Below, in pieces: positions 56,538 to 64,000 of a stretch of DNA of 64,000 nt. The notes beneath the pieces were generated by a model that saw only the letters and a program-made list of their open reading frames with translations, was not told where the DNA came from and searched no databases. The stretch is taken from sequence record NC_004629.1. One strand, given 5' to 3'. Made by a program: the position numbers and the translations under genes. The stretch's first letter is position 1. Every line of letters starts with the position of its first letter.

Positions 56538-56614
56538 TGGTGGGCCCAGCAGGACTTGAACCTGCGACCAAGCGATTATGAGTCGCCTGCTCTAACCAAC
56601 TGAGCTATAGGCCC
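56538..56614 (-). tRNA. tRNA-Ile2(CAT), lysidine-type; not Met
   Basis: anticodon arm GGCGACTCATAATCGCT as in E. coli ileX; C4-G69 and C5-G68 TilS determinants present. Confidence 0.8.
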
Positions 56615-56621
56615 TTTTTAT

Positions 56622-56915
56622 TTATTCTGGTAAGAATGTTCCATCTTTTTGACGGACTAATACACCTGACCATTTGAATGTATTTGTATCACTAGCAGGG
56701 CACTCTCTAATTACATTGGTTCTAAATGTGCCATGTGGATAGGTTACAGTGAATGTAATATGGTTATTACAAACATGTAATACAGAAGACTTTGCTTCTG
56801 TTAGATAGTGTAAGCCTTGAGCTAATTGAATATTAGTTAATTCAGGGTCACTAAGAATAGCGTAAAGAGCTGTTCCTATAATTTGATGTTCCCATGATAT
56901 CCATTTATTATCCAT
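56622..56915 (-). CDS. hypothetical protein
   Basis: AGGA RBS; sits between tRNAs. Confidence 0.7.
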   Translation of the reverse strand: MDNKWISWEHQIIGTALYAILSDPELTNIQLAQGLHYLTEAKSSVLHVCNNHITFTVTYPHGTFRTNVIRECPASDTNTFKWSGVLVRQKDGTFLPE

Positions 56916-56936
56916 CCTATTTACCTATTATTAAAA

Positions 56937-57012
56937 TGGTCGGAGTGGGGAGACTCGAACTCCCGACATCCTGCTCCCAAAGCAGGCGCGCTACCAACTG
57001 CGCTACACTCCG
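56937..57012 (-). tRNA. tRNA-Pro(TGG)
   Basis: CGGAGTG acceptor, CCTGC-TTTGGGA-GCAGG, CCA. Confidence 0.95.
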
Positions 57013-57021
57013 TATTTAAAT

Positions 57022-57106
57022 TGGTGCCCGAAGTCGGATTCGAACCGACAAGACCGTAGCCGGAAGATTTTAAGTCTTCTGTGTTTACCAATTTCACCAT
57101 TCGGGC
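57022..57106 (-). tRNA. tRNA-Leu(TAA)
   Basis: GAAGA-CTTAAAA-TCTTC, long variable arm, 85 nt with CCA. Confidence 0.95.
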
Positions 57107-57120
57107 ATTGTGCTTCAATA

Positions 57121-57143
57121 CATAACATGTAATGCTAGGTATT
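57121..57143 (-). promoter_or_regulatory. bipartite promoter for tRNA-Leu/Pro
   Basis: AAATAC-N14-TATG; G 57121, C 57139. Confidence 0.65.
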
Positions 57144-57164
57144 TTATTACAACTTATTTTAAAT

Positions 57165-57617
57165 TCAACGTGGCCATTGTAAAGAAGTTATCTTATTACC
57201 ATTAATGTAGACATCGGTCACTTCGCACCAATCATTAATTCTGTGTTCAATAATTGGAACATCATTTCGGCCAGCCACTCCAATCATATTCCATTTAACA
57301 TAAATATTCATTAGATCAATTGTTAATTTCTCTTTTATGAGTTTAGGAGAAATTAATTTAATATTATTAATGTTAAAGAAGTAATTATTAACTTCTTCTA
57401 AATATTCATTAGTATTAGTAGTACTAACTTTGCCTTCATGTTCAAGTGAGGATGGTTTATTCTGATTTACAATATTGCTCACTAGACTTCTTAAAACGGC
57501 ACTTGCCCTACCAGCTTCGCGTCTTTTATACTTATCATAGTCTTTTACATTAGCTGCAATTTTATCAAATTCTTTTTGGGCATAGATTAGCCCTGGTAAA
57601 AGTTCATTTTTGATCAT
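57165..57617 (-). CDS. hypothetical protein
   Basis: 150 aa ORF. Confidence 0.7.
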   Translation of the reverse strand: MIKNELLPGLIYAQKEFDKIAANVKDYDKYKRREAGRASAVLRSLVSNIVNQNKPSSLEHEGKVSTTNTNEYLEEVNNYFFNINNIKLISPKLIKEKLTIDLMNIYVKWNMIGVAGRNDVPIIEHRINDWCEVTDVYINGNKITSLQWPR

Positions 57618-57674
57618 TTTATAATTACTCTATGTTGTTTATACATATTTTAATATACATACGTAAAAACAAAA

Positions 57675-57815
57675 TATAAAGCCTCCCCGAAGGGAGGCGA
57701 TATATCGTCATTAATGCCCAGCAAAGAGTTTTACTCTCTGGGAGCCAGTTGGAAGGGGGACTGGCTCCGATCTATTATGACTAATGTAGAAACAAGGGGG
57801 AAGGATTATTTCTAC
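57675..57815 (-). ncRNA. candidate multi-hairpin small RNA with C-rich loops
   Basis: TATG at 57818-57815, perfect stems ATGTAGAAA/TTTCTACAT and GGAGCCAGT/ACTGGCTCC, terminator 57681-57698. Confidence 0.5.
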
Positions 57816-57830
57816 ATAATATTAGATACA

Positions 57831-59771
57831 TTACTGGTAGTTTTCATTACCCATTGCTAACCTACCTTTTATAGACCGATCTACCCATTTTGCGGCGGCC
57901 TCCATGATATCAATGAATGAGTGGTATTGCCGCATTTTATTAACTTCCATCACATCATCATCAATCCCAGGGCCAAAGCATGCGAATAACAAATCATTCC
58001 AATCATAGTAATCGATACCAGCTATTGGACTAGGGTTATCCAACATATCGTAGATTAGTCCTTCCAGTGGATCTGGTAAATCAGGGAACTTGAAGCTAAG
58101 AGTTATCTGACGTTCCAATGCCGATATAATTAAGTTCATGGCCTTAGCTGCTTCTTCTTCAGTAAGAGCTTTGAGTTTACTATCAGTAGATGGATATTTC
58201 GCGACCACGGTGCGAGGTGAATTATAGGTACCCTTACCTGTAATAGTACCGGCAGGCCATTTAACACTAGTCTTGAATCCAGCACGTGCCTTGTCTACGA
58301 TAGCCTTTGCTTCTTTGTATACGTTAGCGTCTAGGTTATGTGCATTCTTAATGAGTAGATCCAATGCAGGTTTAGTCTTCTGCCTGTAAGACTCCATTTC
58401 GCGATTAGACTTTTCTTCGAGTTTGAAGAATGGTTCTACTGCACGAATGGCATCCTCGATACTGACTTTACCATTAATACTCAGTACGTTAGCTATACCA
58501 TTACTATTGATATCGCCAGTAACGAATACCTGCTTATTAAGCCATTGTGGATTGCCAAATGTAGATTCTAGTTGTTCCAGAAATCCTCTTGCACTGGACG
58601 ATGAACGCCAGATACGTTTCTGATCACCTCGATTAGAAATGCCAAGAACTTTTTTGATTGAATCGATAAGACCTTCATTTGAGACTTGTATAAAACCGGG
58701 AGTATTAATGATGGACTTCTCTACATACCCGCCACGAATAACCCGATTTATAAAACCATTAAGACCACTACCAGTTTCGGCCATATCTTTCATGATTTCT
58801 ATATTCGTTTCACCGGCACTTTGGGCATTGTATAAATAATAAGAACCATCTTTGAATTTCAGTATAATCCAGTCATCCCCAGTTAGATATGAATCAATAT
58901 TACTATCATTCATACTTTGATATTTAATGAATTCTGGATTAGTACTTAATACTTCTTCAATGAATTCTTCTAATGCCGCAGAATTATTAATAGCATCAAC
59001 CGGTAGAATTTCACCATCAATGGGTTCAGTAGTTGGACCAGTAACAATGGCAGGTAACGGATCCTCCTCTACAATAACAGTTTCTTCCACTGGTAGAGCA
59101 CCGCAAGATAAATCAATTAGTTTATTAAAACTACTAATGATCTCACCAAGTGCTACAAGAACTGCTGGCTGTTCAACTTGTTCAACTTTAGCAATACCAG
59201 TTTCTGTAAATTCTTCAGTAATTCGGTTATAGACTTCCACTAATTGATTAGTAAGCTCTGCTACTTTTGGCAGAGTCTGCTTAGACAGAGGTTCAACTAC
59301 AGTTGTATCTGCTTCAACAAAAATAGAGTCATCTTCTTCTAAACGGCTAGTATTAGCTGAGCCAGCTGTGAAGTTATAAGGCATATCTTGAATTACTTCA
59401 TTAATTTCAGATGCCTCCATATCTTCATTTAGACGACCACTATAAGTACGCATCATACCTTCTGCTTCTTTAATAGTAGAATGCGCTAAGCGTCCCCAAT
59501 CACCACGCATAATACCGCGCTCGGTAAGACCGCGTGCAGCTGAACCAAGATCAATAGGTTCTTCAATAAATGATTGTTCTTCAACCCACTCCTCATTACT
59601 GTAACATTCTTTTAGAATGGTTTTAAATTTAGTACTAAAGGGTTGTAGAATCTTTTTATCTACTTGTTCAACATTTGTTTTAAAGTGTTCTAGACTTGGT
59701 GTAGCTTTTGAAGATACTTTTTCAGTACCGCTATATAGCGTACGGTTTAGGAAGTTTAGCATTTTATTCAT
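57831..59771 (-). CDS. probable virion head protein with two homologous halves and an internal KTSC-like domain (positional match to phiKZ gp303)
   Basis: internal repeat (YSNEEWVEEQSF vs FGNPQWLNKQVF); DSNIDSY...LKFKDGSYYLY...GSGLNGFINR; VSNE-GLIDSIKK head-protease-like site. Confidence 0.6.
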   Translation of the reverse strand: MNKMLNFLNRTLYSGTEKVSSKATPSLEHFKTNVEQVDKKILQPFSTKFKTILKECYSNEEWVEEQSFIEEPIDLGSAARGLTERGIMRGDWGRLAHSTIKEAEGMMRTYSGRLNEDMEASEINEVIQDMPYNFTAGSANTSRLEEDDSIFVEADTTVVEPLSKQTLPKVAELTNQLVEVYNRITEEFTETGIAKVEQVEQPAVLVALGEIISSFNKLIDLSCGALPVEETVIVEEDPLPAIVTGPTTEPIDGEILPVDAINNSAALEEFIEEVLSTNPEFIKYQSMNDSNIDSYLTGDDWIILKFKDGSYYLYNAQSAGETNIEIMKDMAETGSGLNGFINRVIRGGYVEKSIINTPGFIQVSNEGLIDSIKKVLGISNRGDQKRIWRSSSSARGFLEQLESTFGNPQWLNKQVFVTGDINSNGIANVLSINGKVSIEDAIRAVEPFFKLEEKSNREMESYRQKTKPALDLLIKNAHNLDANVYKEAKAIVDKARAGFKTSVKWPAGTITGKGTYNSPRTVVAKYPSTDSKLKALTEEEAAKAMNLIISALERQITLSFKFPDLPDPLEGLIYDMLDNPSPIAGIDYYDWNDLLFACFGPGIDDDVMEVNKMRQYHSFIDIMEAAAKWVDRSIKGRLAMGNENYQ

Positions 59772-59826
59772 GTCTACTCTCTCGTTGATGACTGTTAATA
59801 AGAGTGCTATAGAATTGTTAGCATAA

Positions 59827-59848
59827 ACCCTCCCAATTAAGGGAGGGT
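59827..59848. repeat. 22-bp terminator palindrome, copy 1
   Basis: accctcccaattaagggagggt, identical at 61501..61522. Confidence 0.85.
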
Positions 59849-59856
59849 CATTATGT

Positions 59857-60270
59857 CTACATTATATCTCGTGTACCATCATTCATTTCAACAACAGTGA
59901 CTTTATCACCAACCTTTGGTTTTTCATTGGTAACTGTTTGAACCATGTACTGCTTGCCATCTGTATTAACAATCAGTTTACATTGAAATGTTTCAGTAGC
60001 ACTAACATTATTACCGACTGCGCCGCCTGCGGCACCACCGATTAAACCACCTACCCAACCTCCAGATTTACCAAAGATTGCTCGACCTAATACAGCGCCT
60101 GCGGTGGCTCCAACCGCACCTCCAACAGTAGTGCCGACAACACTACTATCTTTAGCAACTAGCTGACATTCTGAATGTGCAATAATACCATCTGTAGTTG
60201 ATTTTACTTCAGTTGCTGCAAATAGGACAGTGGACCACATTAAAACTACGAATGCGATAATCTTAATCAT
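59857..60270 (-). CDS. glycine-zipper 2TM envelope protein (YcfJ/SlyB-like)
   Basis: signal peptide; GTTVGGAVGATAGAVLG...GGLIGGAAGGAVG. Confidence 0.8.
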   Translation of the reverse strand: MIKIIAFVVLMWSTVLFAATEVKSTTDGIIAHSECQLVAKDSSVVGTTVGGAVGATAGAVLGRAIFGKSGGWVGGLIGGAAGGAVGNNVSATETFQCKLIVNTDGKQYMVQTVTNEKPKVGDKVTVVEMNDGTRDIM

Positions 60271-61430
60271 AAGAAGTCAACCTCAAATTCTTCTTCTTCA
60301 CCAACATCATTTACAACGTTGACCATGTAATCAGGCTTCTCTTCTTCCTGAGGAGATGCTTGGGTTGATGAAATATCTAGGTAGTCTTCCATATAAAGAA
60401 GTGGGTTCTTCTCTGGCCAAACAAAATCAAATCCAGCTGATTCTTTAAACTCCACTTGATACTGTTCTACAACATCATTTTCAATACTTAGGAATGTTGC
60501 TGCGGCATTAGCATTGAAAAGTACCCAGTTAATAAGTTTAGTCGCATTAACACCAGTTAGTTCACGACCTTCAGAGAATAGATAATTAATCCAGGTAACT
60601 TCAGTCTTTACAATTTCCCATAGTAGTTCAATGATTTTATCTTTACATTGACTGTAAGCGAGTTTACCGCGTTCAGTTGCCAGTAGTGCACGAATAACTT
60701 CTTGTCCATATTGTGCATGGATTTCGAATTCGTCTTGGGCAATTTTCTTAACAGCGGCTGCAATTTGCTGGAATGCACCAGTACGACCAATAGCAAAGGT
60801 TACTGCAAAGGATGCCATGAACTGGATACGTTCTAGGAAATATAGAGCGATGAAGAACATGAATACTTTATTGTAAAGTTCTTGATCATTGGGTACCTGA
60901 TTAAGAGCATACGCATGAACTGCGTCATGTGCTTCACCCATAGTGCGGGCTACTGCAACCATTCGTTCTTGTGCTTCTTCTACCCTAAGAATTTCGTCTA
61001 GAATAACTTTAGGATCTTTAAAGCTATTACGTACAATTTCAGAATAAGTTAAAGCATGTACGTCTTCATTATCATTAATACGTACATATCCCGCCCATAC
61101 TCGTGAATCTGTCATGACAGGTGATAGAATATTAACAATGGAACGACTGGCTACAGAGTCAGCTTCCCATTGCCAGGCCAGTGTCTTAATCATCATGTCA
61201 TAAGTTGATTTATCACACGTTTCAAATTCTACTAGACAAGTGGAAAAGTCAAATTCTAGCTCATCCCAATCAAGCATCTTTAGACGCTTATATAGCTCCC
61301 ACATTTTAGGATAATGAGTGTGGATTGAATCTAGTAGACCTGGATCATCTCCAAGAATAATTTCCGGTAGATGATAATCACTCTTAGCAACATTGAAGAT
61401 TTTCTTTGGTAGTTGAGATTTAGTAGACAT
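60267..61430 (-). CDS. nrdB: ribonucleotide reductase class Ia beta subunit
   Basis: W...E, EADS, NEDVHALTY, LERIQFMASF, QDEFEIH, PQEEE: di-iron ligands and tyrosyl radical site. Confidence 0.95.
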   Translation of the reverse strand: MSTKSQLPKKIFNVAKSDYHLPEIILGDDPGLLDSIHTHYPKMWELYKRLKMLDWDELEFDFSTCLVEFETCDKSTYDMMIKTLAWQWEADSVASRSIVNILSPVMTDSRVWAGYVRINDNEDVHALTYSEIVRNSFKDPKVILDEILRVEEAQERMVAVARTMGEAHDAVHAYALNQVPNDQELYNKVFMFFIALYFLERIQFMASFAVTFAIGRTGAFQQIAAAVKKIAQDEFEIHAQYGQEVIRALLATERGKLAYSQCKDKIIELLWEIVKTEVTWINYLFSEGRELTGVNATKLINWVLFNANAAATFLSIENDVVEQYQVEFKESAGFDFVWPEKNPLLYMEDYLDISSTQASPQEEEKPDYMVNVVNDVGEEEEFEVDFL

Positions 61431-61500
61431 ATCAGTTCCTTTACAATTTAAAAATATTTCTTACAATAAATAATAGAGGTTAGTATAAATTGGGAATAAC

Positions 61501-61522
61501 ACCCTCCCAATTAAGGGAGGGT
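61501..61522. repeat. 22-bp terminator palindrome, copy 2
   Basis: identical to 59827..59848. Confidence 0.85.
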
Positions 61523-61530
61523 GTATACAC

Positions 61531-63819
61531 TTAAAGAGTGCACGAACCGCCTGCACACCCAACTTCAGTATTAGTTACCTCAACAGCACGTTCAAGTGAT
61601 TTAATATCAAGTCCTGCTGCTGTTTCTAGATTTACATAATACCGGGTTTTCATTCCACGTTTCACCATGTAGAAGTGATTACCTAGCATTTCATTAGAAG
61701 AGATCTTTTCAGAACCTACAATGCGTCGGTAGAGGTCCGCACTGATTGTTTGATCAGTCCACTTTTGAATAATGGCATAGCAATCAATAAGATCTTTAGT
61801 GGGGATATCATAAGCTGATTCATACACATAGGAGTCATCATCTCCATATGGAGCAGCCCATAGCACACGTGCACCATTATCAGTCTTATTAAGAATTAGG
61901 CGACGTACCGGGTATGGACCATTAGTTGACCCTAGTGCCTTAGATGATGCTTCACCAGGCATGTATGCAGCTAGTACGGAGTGTGCAATACCACCATTCT
62001 CCTTAATTTCTTTCTCTAGCTCATCCCATGGATAAAGTTCTTCAAAGCCACCTTCAATGATAGTATCCACTGACTTATTATAAGTCTTACGTGGAGTCCA
62101 TCCCTCTGGCCATTTAGTCTTATGAATCCAAGGCGCATTCCCGCGTTCTTTAGAAATCTTAAGTGACGCCTTGATAAGGAAGTACATATGCCGTTCAGCA
62201 ATGAAGTGGATTTCAGCTTTACCAGCATCGCTGCTATATTTAAGGCCAGCACGTGCCATATGTGTGGCTAGACCCATGATACCAACACCAGCACTCATTC
62301 GATTCTTAGCGGTTAGTGCAAGGTGTGGGAAAGCATACTCTGCATTAAGGATACAATAGTCAATCATCTTAAGTGCGTAGTAAGCCGCCATTTCATAAGT
62401 TTGCTTATCAGGAACGTTATCCACTGCAATAGCAGCCAGTGAACAAGTAGCAATCTCACCGCGCCCGTGATCCTCACTAGAATAAAGATCTTCCATTCGA
62501 TAGTAAGGCTTAGTGGGTTCTGCGATTTCAAGGCATAGGTTAGAACTGTAAATAGGTTCTTTAAATGGTGTATGATGATTGAGTTCATCAATTTGAGCTG
62601 AATAGATGGTTCCAGTCTCATATGCTTCAACTAGCATTGATTTGAGAAGATCCCGAGCATTTACATAAGTTTTCTCAAATTTAGGATCCGCTTCATATTT
62701 TTCATAAAGCTTAATAAACTTATCAATATCACCACTATAGAAAGCATCATGTAGATCTGGAGCAGTAAATGGATTGAATACAAAGATCATGCCATCTTTC
62801 TGAGCCGCTTTCTTAGCAAAGAACTTATTACTTAGGAATGCATAGTGAAGATCACGGTTCTTCCTATCCTCAGTAGAACGTGGATTACGTAGCTGAGTAA
62901 TCATATCTGCTTCAGGATCGAAAGCACTGTAGTAACACGTAACAGCACCACCTCGACCATTTTGTAGGTTAGCCCTTACTGCTTTACCAATTACATCGAT
63001 GTATGGTTTCTTACCTTGGTGAATGATTAGGCCATTACGGATAGGATCACCAATTGACCTAGTCATTAAGTTAACACCAATGCCTGCTGATGATTGGGTC
63101 ATGATGTTAGCAATATAATCGCCCATTGCCAGTGATACACCATTATCACCAGAAGCAAATAGGCAACATGATGCAAAACCACGAAGCTTAGTACCTAGGT
63201 TAACGTAGTTAGGTGTTGGCGCACTAAGAATTTTATTAGAAAGTAGTTTATAGTAATTCTCCACATGAGTCATGCGAGTTTCAGCTGGCTCTTTTTCAGC
63301 TAGAGCCATTGCCATTCGCATATATACAAACTGGGCAGTCTCATATTCTTGACCAGTTTTACGATTACGTAGAGCATACTTTCCACGAATGTGATGAAGT
63401 GAAAAATGCGGACAAAGTAGGTCAAGATCGTGATCAATGATCTTTTCAATCTGAGCGTATTCTTTACTACTATAATCTAATTTAACAATGATACCATCTT
63501 TACGCATCCTGGTTTGAAGCGCTTTAACAGTTGGGATGCCATTTAGACCATAGAACTTCTTACGAAGATAAATCGCATATAGTCTACCAGCCATTAGATA
63601 ATAAGACCATGTCTTACGATTTAAACATTCTTCAATAAGTTGTAATTGTAGTTCTTGTGATGAAGTTTTATCACCAAGAGCTTGAACAGCATCCATCACA
63701 ACACTACTCCAATCCACCTTATCGCCAAGATGTTGGGCTGCCCATTCACCCCAACCATTAATCTTAGCAGGTGAGTATGCTTCTTCAGTACCGTCTAGTT
63801 TAATGATAGTTTTTAACAT
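61531..63819 (-). CDS. nrdA: ribonucleotide reductase class Ia alpha subunit
   Basis: N-terminal ATP-cone-like IIKLDG...KI, SAPTP, ASCC, SNLCLEI, CSLA, MPGEASS, KTRYY, C-terminal CAGGSC; start 63819. Confidence 0.95.
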   Translation of the reverse strand: MLKTIIKLDGTEEAYSPAKINGWGEWAAQHLGDKVDWSSVVMDAVQALGDKTSSQELQLQLIEECLNRKTWSYYLMAGRLYAIYLRKKFYGLNGIPTVKALQTRMRKDGIIVKLDYSSKEYAQIEKIIDHDLDLLCPHFSLHHIRGKYALRNRKTGQEYETAQFVYMRMAMALAEKEPAETRMTHVENYYKLLSNKILSAPTPNYVNLGTKLRGFASCCLFASGDNGVSLAMGDYIANIMTQSSAGIGVNLMTRSIGDPIRNGLIIHQGKKPYIDVIGKAVRANLQNGRGGAVTCYYSAFDPEADMITQLRNPRSTEDRKNRDLHYAFLSNKFFAKKAAQKDGMIFVFNPFTAPDLHDAFYSGDIDKFIKLYEKYEADPKFEKTYVNARDLLKSMLVEAYETGTIYSAQIDELNHHTPFKEPIYSSNLCLEIAEPTKPYYRMEDLYSSEDHGRGEIATCSLAAIAVDNVPDKQTYEMAAYYALKMIDYCILNAEYAFPHLALTAKNRMSAGVGIMGLATHMARAGLKYSSDAGKAEIHFIAERHMYFLIKASLKISKERGNAPWIHKTKWPEGWTPRKTYNKSVDTIIEGGFEELYPWDELEKEIKENGGIAHSVLAAYMPGEASSKALGSTNGPYPVRRLILNKTDNGARVLWAAPYGDDDSYVYESAYDIPTKDLIDCYAIIQKWTDQTISADLYRRIVGSEKISSNEMLGNHFYMVKRGMKTRYYVNLETAAGLDIKSLERAVEVTNTEVGCAGGSCTL

Positions 63820-64000
63820 TGTTAATTTCCAATTGTGAGTCGTAAGTTCATGTGAAAAAGTATTCAACATATCTTTAGATCAACTAAGTATTTTTACGAC
63901 CCATTTTAAATGAATTTAGTTGATCTATTGTAAAAGCATATTATGGTACATTGGATATCTTTATCTTAAAAACCTCTGTAGCCTTAGTGCCTTAAGGGTT

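Noticed and set aside
56538-56614. tRNA-Met
   Set aside because: Body matches Ile2 (ileX-like), lacking initiator features (C1-A72 mismatch, three G-C anticodon pairs) and elongator-Met sequence.
56921-57118. 65-aa ORF on the - strand
   Set aside because: It is a translation of the tRNA-Leu and tRNA-Pro genes.
63820-63870. Extended nrdA N-terminus from the ORF track
   Set aside because: MLKTIIKLDG at 63819 matches the usual NrdA start; the upstream 17 codons look non-conserved.

Overview
64 kb of an AT-rich, densely coded jumbo-phage genome, most consistent with a phiKZ-like Pseudomonas phage (Phikzvirus). Evidence: TATATTAC early promoters, TATG late starts, S-x-E head-protease sites, and the order dcd ... 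thyA ... tRNA cluster/HNH ... nrdB-nrdA. This matches my recollection of roughly phiKZ gp208-gp306; the numbering is inference, not a search result. Positions 1-49096 form a + strand block of about 95 mostly small hypothetical genes, organised as terminator/early-promoter units. It includes dCTP deaminase, an SspB-like ClpXP adaptor, thymidylate synthase with large insertions, a pol-beta nucleotidyltransferase, a (p)ppGpp-hydrolase-like HD protein, a Zn deaminase, two ART-fold-like proteins, a BCS1-like AAA ATPase, an HslV-like protease and a family of secreted two-Cys proteins. Positions 49158-63819 form a convergent - strand block with 7 intact tRNAs (Thr, two Asn, Asp, Ile2/CAT, Pro, Leu), a Kelch protein, a head protein and nrdAB. 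Most notable: a tRNA-Asn gene is split in its anticodon loop by a ~770 bp insert carrying an HNH endonuclease plus its own structurally different (long-variable-arm) replacement tRNA-Asn. There are also at least two unannotated structured small-RNA candidates, and a fixed-spacing bipartite promoter (AWTAC-N14-TATG) shared by tRNA operons and one of those RNAs.
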